Source: Octopus sinensis
Lineage: Eukaryota
Direction: 5' to 3'
DNA: 64,000 nt
NCBI RefSeq assembly: GCF_006345805.1
Contig: NC_043008.1
Location: 8,494,001-8,558,000 of the forward strand
Made by a program: the position numbers and the translations under genes. The notes below the pieces were generated by a model. It was not told the DNA's origin, searched no databases, and was given only the letters and a program-made list of their open reading frames with translations. This document shows positions 48,490 through 61,496 of this stretch, piece by piece (positions within the stretch are counted from its first letter, which is position 1; every line of letters begins with the position of its first letter).

Positions 48490-48631
48490 TAATAAAAATA
48501 ATAATAATACTGATAATAATAATAATAATAAGAATAATATAAATAATAATAATAATATAAATAATAATAATAATAATGATAATGATAATAATAATAATAA
48601 TGATTATAATTATAATAATATTAATAATAGC

Positions 48632-48688
<57 letters not shown>
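48430..48688. repeat. (AAT)n microsatellite
   Basis: Direct inspection; explains the poly-Ile ORF. Confidence 0.95.
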
Positions 48689-48689
<1 letters not shown>

Positions 48690-48903
48690 GTGATGGTGAT
48701 AAAATGGCCACAACACACGTGCGTAAAAATGTAAACACGTGGATTGCACTATTTCTTTACGAAAACTGTAAATTTGTGAGTAGAATATTGAATTCAATAT
48801 CTTAATTACATATACATCCATATTTATACGCGACCTTTCCCTCTCCCTCTCTCTCTCTGTATATATATATGTGTGTGTGTGTGTGTATGTACATGTATGT
48901 ATG

Positions 48904-48959
<56 letters not shown>

Positions 48960-48985
48960 GGGTGTGTGTGATTGTGTATAGAAGA

Positions 48986-49268
48986 ATATATTAATAAAAT
49001 GAATTCCAACCTTCAGTCATGTAGTAGTGGTGACAGGCACAGATTCAATCATCTCGCTACAGTCAAAAACTGTGAAGTATGACTGTCACCACTACTACAT
49101 GAACCTGAAGATTGCAGAATTTAATGCATGAAAGTACTAGTTCAATCAGAATGAACATTTAACATTCTATTATTTTATTTTATTTTATTATATTATATTA
49201 TATTATATTATATCATTATGAGATTGTAAATAAAACGTGAAAATCAGACATGGTTGGAATTCCTTTTA

Positions 49269-49277
<9 letters not shown>
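48986..49277. mobile_element. MITE-like element with outer and inner inverted repeats
   Basis: Outer arms ATATATTAATAAAA(T/G)GAATTCCAACC at 48986-49011 and 49252-49277; inner arms 49011-49036 and 49083-49110. Confidence 0.55.
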
Positions 49278-49337
<60 letters not shown>

Positions 49338-49755
49338 TATAGCTGTCTCCTCTCGTTCTCTCGCTTACACATCAATAGTAATTCTGAATACGAAAGAGGC
49401 ATCAACACCTGTCACAGAGCGTAAAAATGAAACCATAACTAAACCAAAGGACCATCAAACTGCTACCCAACTAGTTCCCCAAACAACGGTAGTGGTTGTG
49501 ATGGTGATAATGATAGAAATAAAAATATAAATAAAAGTAATAATATGCTGCAACTGCTAATGCTAAAGACTACTAACGCTACAATGATACTATAACTGCT
49601 ACTATTATGATAGCACAGGAATATGAGGCCCAACGACCACACTTACCACTACCCCTACCCCTGCTACTGTTGTTGTTGCTGCAACCACTGCTGCTACTAC
49701 ACATGCAAACAATAATATCAGAGATATCAGTGATGGTGATAGTAGCAGTAGTAGC

Positions 49756-49795
<40 letters not shown>

Positions 49796-49812
49796 ATAGT
49801 AGTAGTAATAAT

Positions 49813-51230
49813 GAAAGGAAACGGATGGAGCCTCCTCCTCCTCTCCATGGGCTTATTAATGATACATCTAGTGACGGTGTCACAATAAAAACACTGGTAA
49901 TTGCGCAACCTGATCATCGCTACCTCATATGAAAAACCAAAATATTGTGAATAACGGTCGTAATGAAATTGAAGCCAATGATTGCGACAGTGTTAGAGAT
50001 TCTGGTCCGGCTCCAGCCTGTCGATATTCAGAAAGAGACCACCACACACGGCGTAGATGGAGCAAGCAAATTAATGCTGTGGTCATGGAGTGTTACTACC
50101 TGAGCAACCCGGTAGATGAAAATGGTACTCAAATTAGGGGTTACTGACAACGTATGTAGGATCATTGGAGAAAAAAGGGATTGTTTCATCTCACGGAACA
50201 GAGACTATGTGATCAGGCTAGAGCAATTAGAAAATATTGTTGGTTCACAGAAGTAGAGCTCGAAGCTATCAAAAGACGGGTCTTAGATAATAGCAGCATA
50301 GATAAGAATGAAAATACAGATCTTACTAATAAGAGTAATCCCATAGCACAGGAAAGGAGCAGTGGTAATTTACTTGATGAGAGACATAAAGATGATCTAA
50401 AAGGAAACAATAAAACTAAAGACATGACAGATGAACAAAAGGCAATCTACGACAGAATAAAGGTAAGACAGGAGAACGATATCGACATAAGTTGCAACCT
50501 TAAAAAGGTTGATCGTTGGAAAATGAACCAAGAAACGAAAAATGTGAATGAAATTCTGAAATACATCAGAACAAACGACATCACAAACAAATAATTTGAT
50601 CAAGGCAGCTAGCATTGTTGTAGCAGAAAATTTGGGTGTTGATGTCAAGAAAAAGAAATATAATGGGAGTGACAAAAAAAGGATCCGTGGTGGAAAAGAA
50701 GAATCCAGGGAGGGTTAGACATACTCTCGAAGAAAATATCTGTGTTAGACCGAAAGGAGAAAGAGGAGCTTAAAAGCGAACAAAATACAGGGCGCTGAAA
50801 AGGAAGTATAATATTGAAAGAAAGGTCTTCAATGTAGTAATGGAGGAACTGACACAGCGCCTCGTTGCAAAGAAAGCAAAAATGATAAGATACGACCAAA
50901 GAATGAAGGGTTACCACCAGAAAAGATTATTCAGAGTAGATCAGAAGAGATTCTATAAAGAAATAAATGGAGGATGTATACAGGAAAAGTTGATACCAGA
51001 TAACAATGAAAGTCAAAGGTTTTGGAATGACATCGGGATCAAAGACAAGGATCACAAGCTGGGTGCTGAATGGTTGCAAAAACTGAAACAAACAATACAG
51101 TAGTCTGTCCAAAACAGGTAGAACTAGTCATTTCAGTTAAGGAAGGGAAGTAAATCAGCAAACAAATGAGCAACTGGAAGACCCCTGGACCAGATGGAGT
51201 TCAAGGATACTGGATCAAAAGATTTGGTGA
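49813..51230 (+). pseudogene. decayed R4/Dong-clade non-LTR retrotransposon, 5' part (N-terminal domain to start of RT)
   Basis: Successive ORFs give RRRWSKQINAVVMECYYLSNP...TEQRLCDQARAIRK..WFTEVELEAIKRR, PWWKRRI, QKRLFRVDQKRFYKEI and NWKTPGPDGVQGYWIK, motifs of R4-clade ORFs; several stops and frameshifts; 3' part absent. Confidence 0.85.
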
Positions 51231-51557
51231 ATGATGAAAAAGAACAAAAAACAACAGACTGCAAAATAACTATAATCTAGGCTAAAACTGGAACTACAAA
51301 GCACCATGTTAAAACAAAAAGAATAAAAGCCCTCACATGACAAGTACTGGGATTAGCTAACGAGAAAGGAAATAGACAACTGGCTGATAGCGTCATCGGC
51401 TCATGACTACAATATATACACACAGACATTTTGCTGAAGTGACAAAGCATGTTACATGAGACTAAATCCTACCTACCTTCCAGTGACTAGTACGGGTTAA
51501 TATATGTGTCTGAGTGTGTATTATTTATATATATATATTTCTCTCTCTCTCTCTCTC

Positions 51558-51643
<86 letters not shown>

Positions 51644-52181
51644 CTAGAGAAATATAAATATATTTCATGTCCCTCTGTGTGTTAGCCTATTTATGCAAAA
51701 AAGTATCAAGATGTGTTCTAGTATTTATATTTTGTAAAGTATATAGCGTGTAAATAAATATAGAGATTTGCTACTCGATATACGGGGAGTATACACACTT
51801 TTATTCATAATCATACATAGGTACATAAATTTGAATTTCATGTACACAAATTGAAACCTACAGACTCATATAGCGTATGCGTATGTTTGAATGTGTGTTC
51901 TTGCCAAATTAAGTGTGCATATGTATTAGTAGTGCATTAAAGAAAAGAAAAGTCTCTCTTGGGAAATTTCTATTTTATCTTTTATTGCATTTATTAGACA
52001 ATTCCATTTCTAGATTCTCCTTCACGTTCTCAAAGGCATTTTAGTAGAAGATATATTATTAGTTTAATTCAGTTTGTACAAAACGGAAATTCTCTTTCTC
52101 TATTTCTCTCACTCTCTCTCTCTATCTATCTATCTATCACGTCCTCTCTCTCACTCTCGCTCTTAGTATATATATATATAA

Positions 52182-52222
<41 letters not shown>

Positions 52223-52381
52223 CATATATACGTCATATCTATATGTATGTGTATGTGTGTGTGGAGAGAGAGAGAGAGGCAGATAGGTAGCGAGATAAAT
52301 GAATAACTGCATACATATAGTTATAGATATGTATAGATAGATAGACAGACATACACACATACAGATAGATAGATAGATCGG

Positions 52382-52427
<46 letters not shown>

Positions 52428-52848
52428 CATACATACATACATACATAGCTAGACAGATATGTGTGTGTGTCTGTTATATGTATATATATACATATATTAA
52501 TATATATATATATGACCACATATACATATATACATACATATATACGCATGTATATATGTATGTGTATATGTCCCTAAATGTATATATTTATATATACATA
52601 TATGCGCAAGTATATATGCATTTACATATATATATTTTAAGTATCCCACAAAATTCTGTAACTTTGTATATTTTTATATTTATCTGCAGCAAAATTGCTT
52701 TCGGCTCTTAACCACTGCTATATATCATATTCTTTTCAGTATTGTGCATATAATTATCGCAATAGCCGCGCACAGTAAGCGAGTTCGCAAACATTCTCAT
52801 CCTCGTATGATATTTGCCTTCCTGATTAAGCCCTATGATCTCCCTGCA

Positions 52849-53079
52849 TATTTCTTTACTACCCACAACGGGCTAACCACAGAGAGGACAAACAAGGACA
52901 GACAAACGGACTAAGTCGATTATATCAATCCCAGTGCGTGACTGGTACTTATTTAATTGACCCCGAAAGGATGAAAGGCAAAGTCGACCTCGGCGGAATT
53001 TGAACTCAGAACGTAACGGCAGACGAAATAACGCAAAGCATTTCGCCCGGCGTGCTAACGTTTCTGCCAGCTCGCCGCC
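52849..53079 (-). mobile_element. SINE family A, full length
   Basis: Close match to the family consensus, including head GGCGGCGAGCTGGCAGAAACG on the minus strand. Confidence 0.92.
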
Positions 53080-53680
53080 TTTTTCATCTCCATACCGTTG
53101 TTTTCTTGTCGGAAAACAGGCTAGTATTGAAAACCTTACCCACTTTACTTCATGCACTAATGTCTCCTTCCATTGTTGAATAAACATGACATATTAATAG
53201 TTTAACTACAGATAACTTTTATTGGACAGGACAATCAAAAAAGACCTCAGATACACAGGTAATTCAGCTTAATTTAAATCTTCTTCCATTTCCAAATCTC
53301 AAACGTAGTTATTGAAATTTGTGGCAGCTCTTGCTATCAACTGAAGTGACCTCGTCATGTTTCTCTTAATGGTTTATCTCTAGTTCATTTGAGAAAAGCT
53401 ACTCATTACTCTTTTAGGTTCTGAGATTTCGTAAAAGGAAACTACATGATATTTTGCGAATGGAAATAACCCAATCATCTATATAGAAATAGAATGCATA
53501 GTGATACAAAGAACTTGTTTAGATTGATTATGAAAGCTTAACACTCCGAATCAGTACAATATTAACATATTTGTAATAAATTATAAATTAATTTAAATTA
53601 CGAGGAACGTAAACAAACATATGAAGTTTGCTTTAGAAGTGTTGAGATGTCTTAGAAAGTGAAAGAAGTGATTTTAAATT

Positions 53681-53778
53681 CTCAAACGCAGGATAATGCT
53701 AATAATATAGTCTGAACAGGATAAGCTGAGTAGCTTATCCTGTTCAGGCTATCTTATTAGCATCATCCTGCATTTGAG
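53681..53778. repeat. 98-bp near-perfect hairpin/palindrome
   Basis: 47-bp arms with 43/47 matches and a 4-nt loop GAGT (53728-53731). Confidence 0.9.
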
Positions 53779-54549
53779 CATATAAATAAATTAATTACAT
53801 AAATAAAATAATTGAATAAATTAATTATTCAGGTAAAAATTCAGGAGAGTTTTGTGTAGTAGATAAAAATATGTTCAATAGCTATAAAATAACCATTCAA
53901 CAGTATCTTTATTTAAATCTTTAAGTCTCATAATAACACTATCATAGTATAATACATTTGTGAATCAGATACCAAGTAAAGCTAGAGAACTACATCTCTA
54001 TGCATAAATTTTGCATACTTCTGAGTCGGCCGGAACCAATCAAATTTATCTCGATCTTTACTTCCCTATGCTTTTATCATAATCTGTTTTTCGTTATTTA
54101 TTTAATATCAGTCCTACTCTGGTTCCTGGTATTTTAATTATAAATATTTCAATGAGTTAATTTTTCTAATTTTCTGCTAATTTCTTTTTCTAAATTCTTC
54201 TAATTCTAAATTAATTTGCTATATCACTCACTTTTCTATATTTTATTAGTTTTGACATTCGTATATGTTAACTTAGGAACGTAAACTTAAGCGCTTATCT
54301 TATCATCTTATATATGTCATATAATAAAGACAATATAATTGAATATATTATGTCATGGGTAAATGGTTTCTGCCACATACTTCAAAGCATTCATGGAGTC
54401 TGAATTGGATCGTTGTCGCCAGTTTTTGTAGATAATAATTCCAGACACTAATATTTCATTCTAATATTTGTTCTATGTTGCATGGTTAAGCTAACGCATT
54501 TTTGGAGATAAGAGATTCAATTCAACACATTTTGCTCTTTGTTTTCATC

Positions 54550-54772
54550 CGGTGATACTCAAAGAATTTTTGCCTATGGACCACTTTGATTCTTATTTTT
54601 TTCGGGTGAGCCTTCATAGCTATTCAATGTTTACAAAATCGTATTATGTTTTATGATTATTAGCAATTGTATATGTTTAAAAATCATTAAAATATGTGGT
54701 GCATGTAATTTTAAAGAAAAGTATCTTATGTACACCCCCAAACGTCATATGATCAAGGGTTGAGAGCCACTG
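54550..54772. mobile_element. hAT-type (Charlie-like) MITE, degenerate
   Basis: Right end GGTTGAGAGCCACTG (reverse of a CAGTGGTTCTCAACC-type TIR); degenerate left end CGGTGATACTCAA; 8-bp TSD-like TTTTCATC / TTTTAATT. Confidence 0.55.
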
Positions 54773-55191
54773 TTTTAATTTATCAAACTAAATACTCCTA
54801 ATAATCAGATTCCTACAGTTTGGCCTGCCCATTTGATACTGTCGCTTCTATGGACATCTATGGTTCTAATTGGTCGACTGTATAGCAACTAAATTTTATA
54901 TTTCAATTCGTTTTATTCGTTTGATTTTTCTATGTTGCAATGTACCTCAACATAACAGCGCATTATCGTGTTTAAATTATGGTATAGCCTGAAGATTAGA
55001 GGGAGTCAATGTACCATATCATAATCTTATTGATGTAAGTAACTCCATAATGTTACATCAGAATATAATTTCTTACTGAAGCAATAAAATCCTTTCGTCT
55101 GTATTATTTTCATATTTTTCCGCGGTTGCAGTTCTATTGAAATTTGGATATTCTTGAATTTGCATCCATGTACGCATCCAGATAATTCTAA

Positions 55192-55307
<116 letters not shown>

Positions 55308-55321
55308 GTGTGTGTGTGTGT

Positions 55322-56566
55322 CTCAAAACATTGATGAGTATTCTTTTCTGTATGACGTGGAGCGTTTTCCTGTTGAAAGATAACACAGTTTTTCGACACT
55401 CCTGCGAAAAGGCAAAAGCTCGCTCGATCTCGATTTTCAGTACGAATACGGACCGCGAAAGCGTGGCCCATCGATCCTTTCCGAATTACAGCGACGAGCT
55501 GTGCATCCGCCGAGAGGTGTCAGCAATTGATGGCTCAAAAACATCTGACAACATAGAAACATAGGTATTTAAATTTATCCTTCCCTGACAGAAAAACATT
55601 TCATCGGGTCCTGTGGCAAATATGCAGGCCCACACCATGATAGAACTCCCCCCCCCCATGTTTTACGGTTCGTACCAGACATTCAGCCTTAAATGCTTCC
55701 CCAACTCTGTGTCGCACGAAAGTTGCACCAGATGTACCGAAAACCTGAATAAAACCATGAAAAATAATATTAGTTTTGTATTGGATCTTTTTTTATATAT
55801 TTTGGGCAAGAAACCAGTTACATTAAGTTTATATGTTGATTGAATACATGTGCTATCGTACATCATAGTTACTTTCACCAGACCATATGACTTTAGACCA
55901 TTGCTCAAAGGTCCAACTTGAGTGGCTTTTGTCCACTGAAGACGCTCTTCCATATTCGCCTCAGAAACCTATGGCTTCTTCCTGGCTTTATAGACTTTCA
56001 AACTGTACGCGACAATCATTCTTCTAACAGTTCTGGTTGATATTTGTGAAGTACTTGCCTTGTTGAAGTCCGCACAGAACACCGAATATATTTTTCTTCT
56101 GTTTCTGAGCGACGACGGATGATGGATCTGTCATCATAACGTGATGTTACTTTGTTTCTGCCTGTTCTTTGTATTGTCGTCACCGCACATTGAGAACATT
56201 TTATCTTCTGAGCTATTAGCCTTTGAGACATTCCATCTTCATGATAAGCTACGATTTGACCTCGCTCACACTCCCTCAACTCCCTTATTTTAGGCATTTT
56301 ACTTTCTATTCACTGTATCTACAATATATATTAGCATAAAACTCTGAAATAATCAAGGAAACATAAGTTCATTTTGGACGTTCATCTAACTCATAATTGC
56401 TTGCATATATACAGTATAGTATAAAAGTAGTAATTGATGCTAAAGGAGGGTCAACCAGATATTGAAATTAATGTATATAGCATCTACCACGTGCACGAGT
56501 TTCATCAACATTGAGATAGCAGAACCCCAAAACCCTGGGGCGGCCTAATACTTTTGGCCAAGGTTG
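55322..56566 (-). mobile_element. Tc1-family DNA transposon, decayed, 3' end missing
   Basis: TIR TA|CAACCTTGGCCAAAAGTATTAGG at 56566; minus-strand transposase remnants MPKIRELRECERGQIV (HTH), [40 protein letters not shown]; the catalytic Asp positions read G and E; ends at the (TG)(TA) microsatellite. Confidence 0.9.
55407..55523 (+). rRNA. 28S rRNA fragment (pseudogene, ~110 nt) inserted in the Tc1 transposase
   Basis: GGCAAAAGCTCGCTCGATCTCGATTTTCAGTACGAATACGGACCGCGAAAGCGTGGCC..CGATCCTT...GAGGTGTCAG matches the conserved eukaryotic LSU stretch GGGCAAAAGCTCGCTTGATCTTGATTTTCAGTACGAATACAGACCGTGAAAGC...GAGGTGTCAG (recalled human 28S). Confidence 0.88.
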
Positions 56567-58223
56567 TATATCAACATAGCGGTAACACAAAACAAAAGAA
56601 AATGCATCATATTCAGAAAATCACCCTTTGGTGAAGTAAGCGTAACTTTTCATTTAGATTCGGTCCTTTACTACGATGAACTGAATATTTAAAACAAGTG
56701 AATATATATCTGCGTGTGTGTTTGTGTGTGCGTGCATGTGTGCGTGTGTGGGTATGTGTTTGTATGTACGTATGTCGATATAAATGGAACTTTTGGTTAC
56801 TGCCGCTGCTGCCTGGTTAGACTGATAAAACCACTACTACGATGCTAGACCCAGTACCATTGCTGGTGATATTACTACTATTGGCCACTCCTCTATGAGA
56901 AATGAGAACAACCATTGCTTGGAACATTGCTGCTACGTTACTAAGATGCAGCAGCAATCAGAAGGAAAGAAAATAACGACATCTCGTGGTTCTTGTAAGA
57001 AATACATATGATAGTTCAGAATTAATTGAATTGAACTTATTTTAATTTATTTTCTTCTTTTCTGCATGACTAAATCGTCTTGTTGAGTGATTGAAACAAG
57101 TAGCGTACTGTGATAAAAATGTAAATTACTTTCTTTTATACATGTTAAAATTTTCAAAGCGAAAGCTTTTTTGTTGCCTTTTAAATACAAATTCTATCGT
57201 GCGAACCATCCCCTTATACATACACACACAGACACACACGCACACACTCACGCACACACACACATATATATATATACATAAATATAGATATACATCTAGA
57301 TATATATATGTATTTATATATTGATATATATATGTATATACATATATATATATATATATTTATTTAAATATATACATATTTAAATTTATATATTTATATA
57401 TTTATATATATATATATATATGTATGTATATATGCATTATATATTTATTTATATATATATATATGTATGTATAATGCATTTATATATATATATATATATA
57501 CAGTTATATATATATATATATATATATTTAATACATACATACATACACACACACACAATCACACATATATATAGATATACATGTATATGTGCAAGTTTAC
57601 ATACGCATACACAAATAAGCACATATATTTTGCGTAGTGGTAACACAATCGCCTAATACACTCACACTTGCAAAACGCATCGCTACATAAACATGCCCAT
57701 TAAATACGAAACAAAATTCTCACTTTCTTTCTTCACTTCCTTCTCTCCTTTATCTTCTTTCCTGTGAATTATTTTAAATAAACTGAAACGCAAGGCATAT
57801 TCCTTTTCCATGCGTGAAAATAATATACCGAATTACTATTTTCTTTAAATCATTGTTATTTCAGAAATATGTCTTAGAACTTCCAACGCTTTGATGCAGT
57901 AAGCGTAACTTTTCATTTAGAATTGGTCCTTTACTGAACTGAATATTTAAAACGAGGGAATATATATATATATGCGTGTGTGCTTGTGTGCGTGTGTGTG
58001 TCTGTGTGTTTGCGTGTGTGTTTGTGTGTGTGTGCACACGTGCATGTGCGTGTGAGCGTGTGTGTGTATGCGCTTGTATGTACGTATGTCGATATAAATG
58101 AATATATACATAGATCTGTACATACCTCTCCACGTATAAATGTGTGTCCGTGTAAATTTATAAATATATATATATTTAAATATATATATATATATACATA
58201 TATATGTGAGTGTGTGTGTGTAT

Positions 58224-58445
58224 ACTTTCATTCTTTTACTTGTTCCAGTCATTTGAAAGAGGCTATGCTGGAGCACCGCCTTAAAGGGTTTTAGTGGATT
58301 TTCTTGGTAAGACTAGTTCTTATTTAATTGCTTTCTTTTGCCGAACCGCTAAGTTACGCGAACCTAAAAACATTAACATCGGTTGTCAAACGATGACGGA
58401 TGGGAGGTACAAGCACTGACACACATACACACACACACATACACA

Positions 58446-58528
<83 letters not shown>

Positions 58529-58680
58529 TACGACGGGCTCATTTAATTTTCCAGTCTCAAGCTTTTCGTTGCCCGGAGGCTATATTAGAAGACGCTGGCC
58601 CAAGATTCCACGCAGTGGGACTGAACCCGGAATCATGTTGTTGGGGAGCAAGCTTCCTACCTCATAGCCACGCCAGCGCT
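58224..58680 (-). mobile_element. SINE family B, full length, diverged
   Basis: Tail GCTATGCTGGAGCACCGCC, internal TA/GA tract, head GGGACTGAACCCGGAA. Confidence 0.85.
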
Positions 58681-58744
58681 TATATATATATGTATATATA
58701 TGTATACATACACACACCACCACCACACACACACATATATATAA

Positions 58745-58790
<46 letters not shown>

Positions 58791-59331
58791 GAGAGAGAGA
58801 GAGAGTCATTTGTAAATATCATTTTGTATCTAGATGTTTGTAATATATAGTTGTATAAGCATTTAGATGTCGATCTTCATTGTATAAGCCATATAATATC
58901 ACAGACATCACGATGGAAGTCGCTTCTTTTGCAACTTACCGGTGTATTACACCAAATGGTCTGTTATAATCGAAGTCGCAGCAACTTCCCGTTGCAATGT
59001 CAAATATGAGTTATCGAGCATTAACCAATTTAGTGTCTTGCTACTAAACCGGGTTATCCACCGCTTAGCATCTTCACCTCTATAAAAATGTCTCCGCCTT
59101 TAGCATATTCTAAAACTTACTGACATTCCGTTTGTTGACCTCTAATACCTGCTTTTATGCGGAAAATAAATGAAAGCGACTGCACAGCTTATGTATATGC
59201 ATAAGAATTGTATCCATTCAATCTCTTGTAACTCATGGAAGCGTAGACTTGTACGTCACATATATATATATATATATGTATATGTGTGTGTACACAGAAA
59301 TACTCACAGACACACATTCATATATATAAAT

Positions 59332-59503
59332 ATTTTTCTACTCTAGGCACAAGGCCCGGAATTTTGGGGGAGAGGCCAGTTGATTAGATCGACGCCACTA
59401 TGCAACTGATACTTAATTTATCGACCCCGAAAGGATGAAAGACAAAATCAACTTTGACGGAATTTGAACTGAGAATGTAAAGACAGACGAAATACCGCTG
59501 AGC
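59332..59503 (-). mobile_element. SINE family A2, 5'-truncated
   Basis: TTTCTACTCTAGGCACAAGGCCCG tail plus core ATCGACCCCGAAAGGATGAAAG. Confidence 0.85.
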
Positions 59504-59540
59504 ACACACACACACACACACACATACACACACACACATG

Positions 59541-59634
<94 letters not shown>

Positions 59635-61462
59635 TACATATATATATATATATGTAATACATATGTGTGTGTTTGTATGTATATAGTTATGTACGTGTGT
59701 GCAAGTGTGTATGTACGTGTATATCTTTCTGTTTGTATGTGTGTTTGTGTGTGTATGTGCGTGTTTGTTGATAGCTTCTTATGCATATAGATCGCTTTCA
59801 TTTGTTTTCCACATAAAAGCATGTATCAGAGGCGACATACGGGAATGTCAGTAAGTTTTAGAATAAGTTGAAGGGTGACTATAAGACAAAAGGTAAAGAA
59901 TGGCATTAATGCTTACGTAGCATCGCACCTTGCCAACAGTTTAATACTTCGTTATTGGTACAACGGATTAGTGTTTCTTTCGCTAAGCCAAATAAAGCCG
60001 TGTATTTTCAGTGATCCATTTCAGTGGCCATACTGTCGTGCTGCGGATCCATACTGAACAAATACGTGATATTCTCCGGCCTCTTCATAAATGGATTCAC
60101 CATCATCAGGGATGAAGGCTCTTGTTTCAGGAGTTACTTTAATTCAACACTTACTTTTACAACAATATTTTTACATAAATACATTTGTAGAGAACATGTT
60201 CACAGTTTACATTTAAGTACTCACATTTTGGCAGTCGCACGACCATACCCGTTCTTGCTGACTCGATGCTTTAAATCATCGAATCAGACCACTTGCCCAA
60301 CTAGAAAAGCGTGGCACGTTTGAGCCTACTCTTAGCTATTTAAGTATCTTCCCCCCCCCCCATTTTCTTCGGTGAGGTGGTTTGTAGGATGGACTTTGGA
60401 TCTTCGGCGTAGAGCAAGTTTTATTCAGCTATGCATTCTCAGTGTGGAGAGAATTATCAGCGGATATCTTTTATCACCATGCTTTGTGCTTTTCCCACAC
60501 ACACATATATATATATAGATAGACAGACAGATAGATATATAAATGTGCTTATAGATTTATCTGTATATGTGCATATGCATACATTATACGTACATATTTA
60601 CATGCACACGCACACGCGTACGCACACGCACGCACAAACATATTCATTCGAAACGTTTGGGTCCACTTGGGTTTATTCATCTTCCTATTTCGGTCAGTTG
60701 CAATATTTTATTTCCACAGCTTATTCGATTACACATACACGATGGGTTTAATTTGTTTTATTTCAAAACATATTACACAATGTTTAAATACTTAATTAAT
60801 ACTCCCAACTGCAAGTAACTAGCCGAGTATTCTAATCTTATTCCCCATTTATCTATTCGTAATATTAAAATTTAATGAAATTTGTTAGATATCAGGCACT
60901 AATATCATTATAAGTTTGAGCTTAAATGAAACTAAATATCCCGAGCAACTATAAAGCTACAGTAATATCTTACACCCGTAGTTTTAGATAAAGATTTTAG
61001 TTTGTAATTCCACGGTGCATATTAAAATGCCAGGATCCTGATTAAGGACGGAGACTGAAGCTTAATTGAATGATAAATCAGCGAACAAGAGGACATCACT
61101 CCGAATATACCGGTAAATAATGATCATATTTTTTTAATACTTTTCCAAAAGATGCATCTAGGAGGCTCGTGCAGCGTACATCTAGTTCTAAGATATGTAT
61201 CTAAAGGGTGCAACACCCGTAGAGTATACAAATACAAACTATCAAATAATCAAAAGAAACAAAAGATATATTTAATCAACGATTTATGTCTTTCTTTTGC
61301 CCAAAAACAAACAAACAACAGAACGACACGAACTCTGAATAAATTGATCATATTCCTGTTACATTACGCGAAACATTCACACACACACACACATACACAC
61401 ATACACGTACTTGCACGTATATATACATACATATACATGCATAAATACATGTATATATATAT

Positions 61463-61496
<34 letters not shown>

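Noticed and set aside
60021-60115. C/D-box snoRNA-like TGATGA...CTGA on the minus strand
   Set aside because: The C box lacks the leading purine, the terminal stem is only 4 bp, and no rRNA-complementary guide was recognised.
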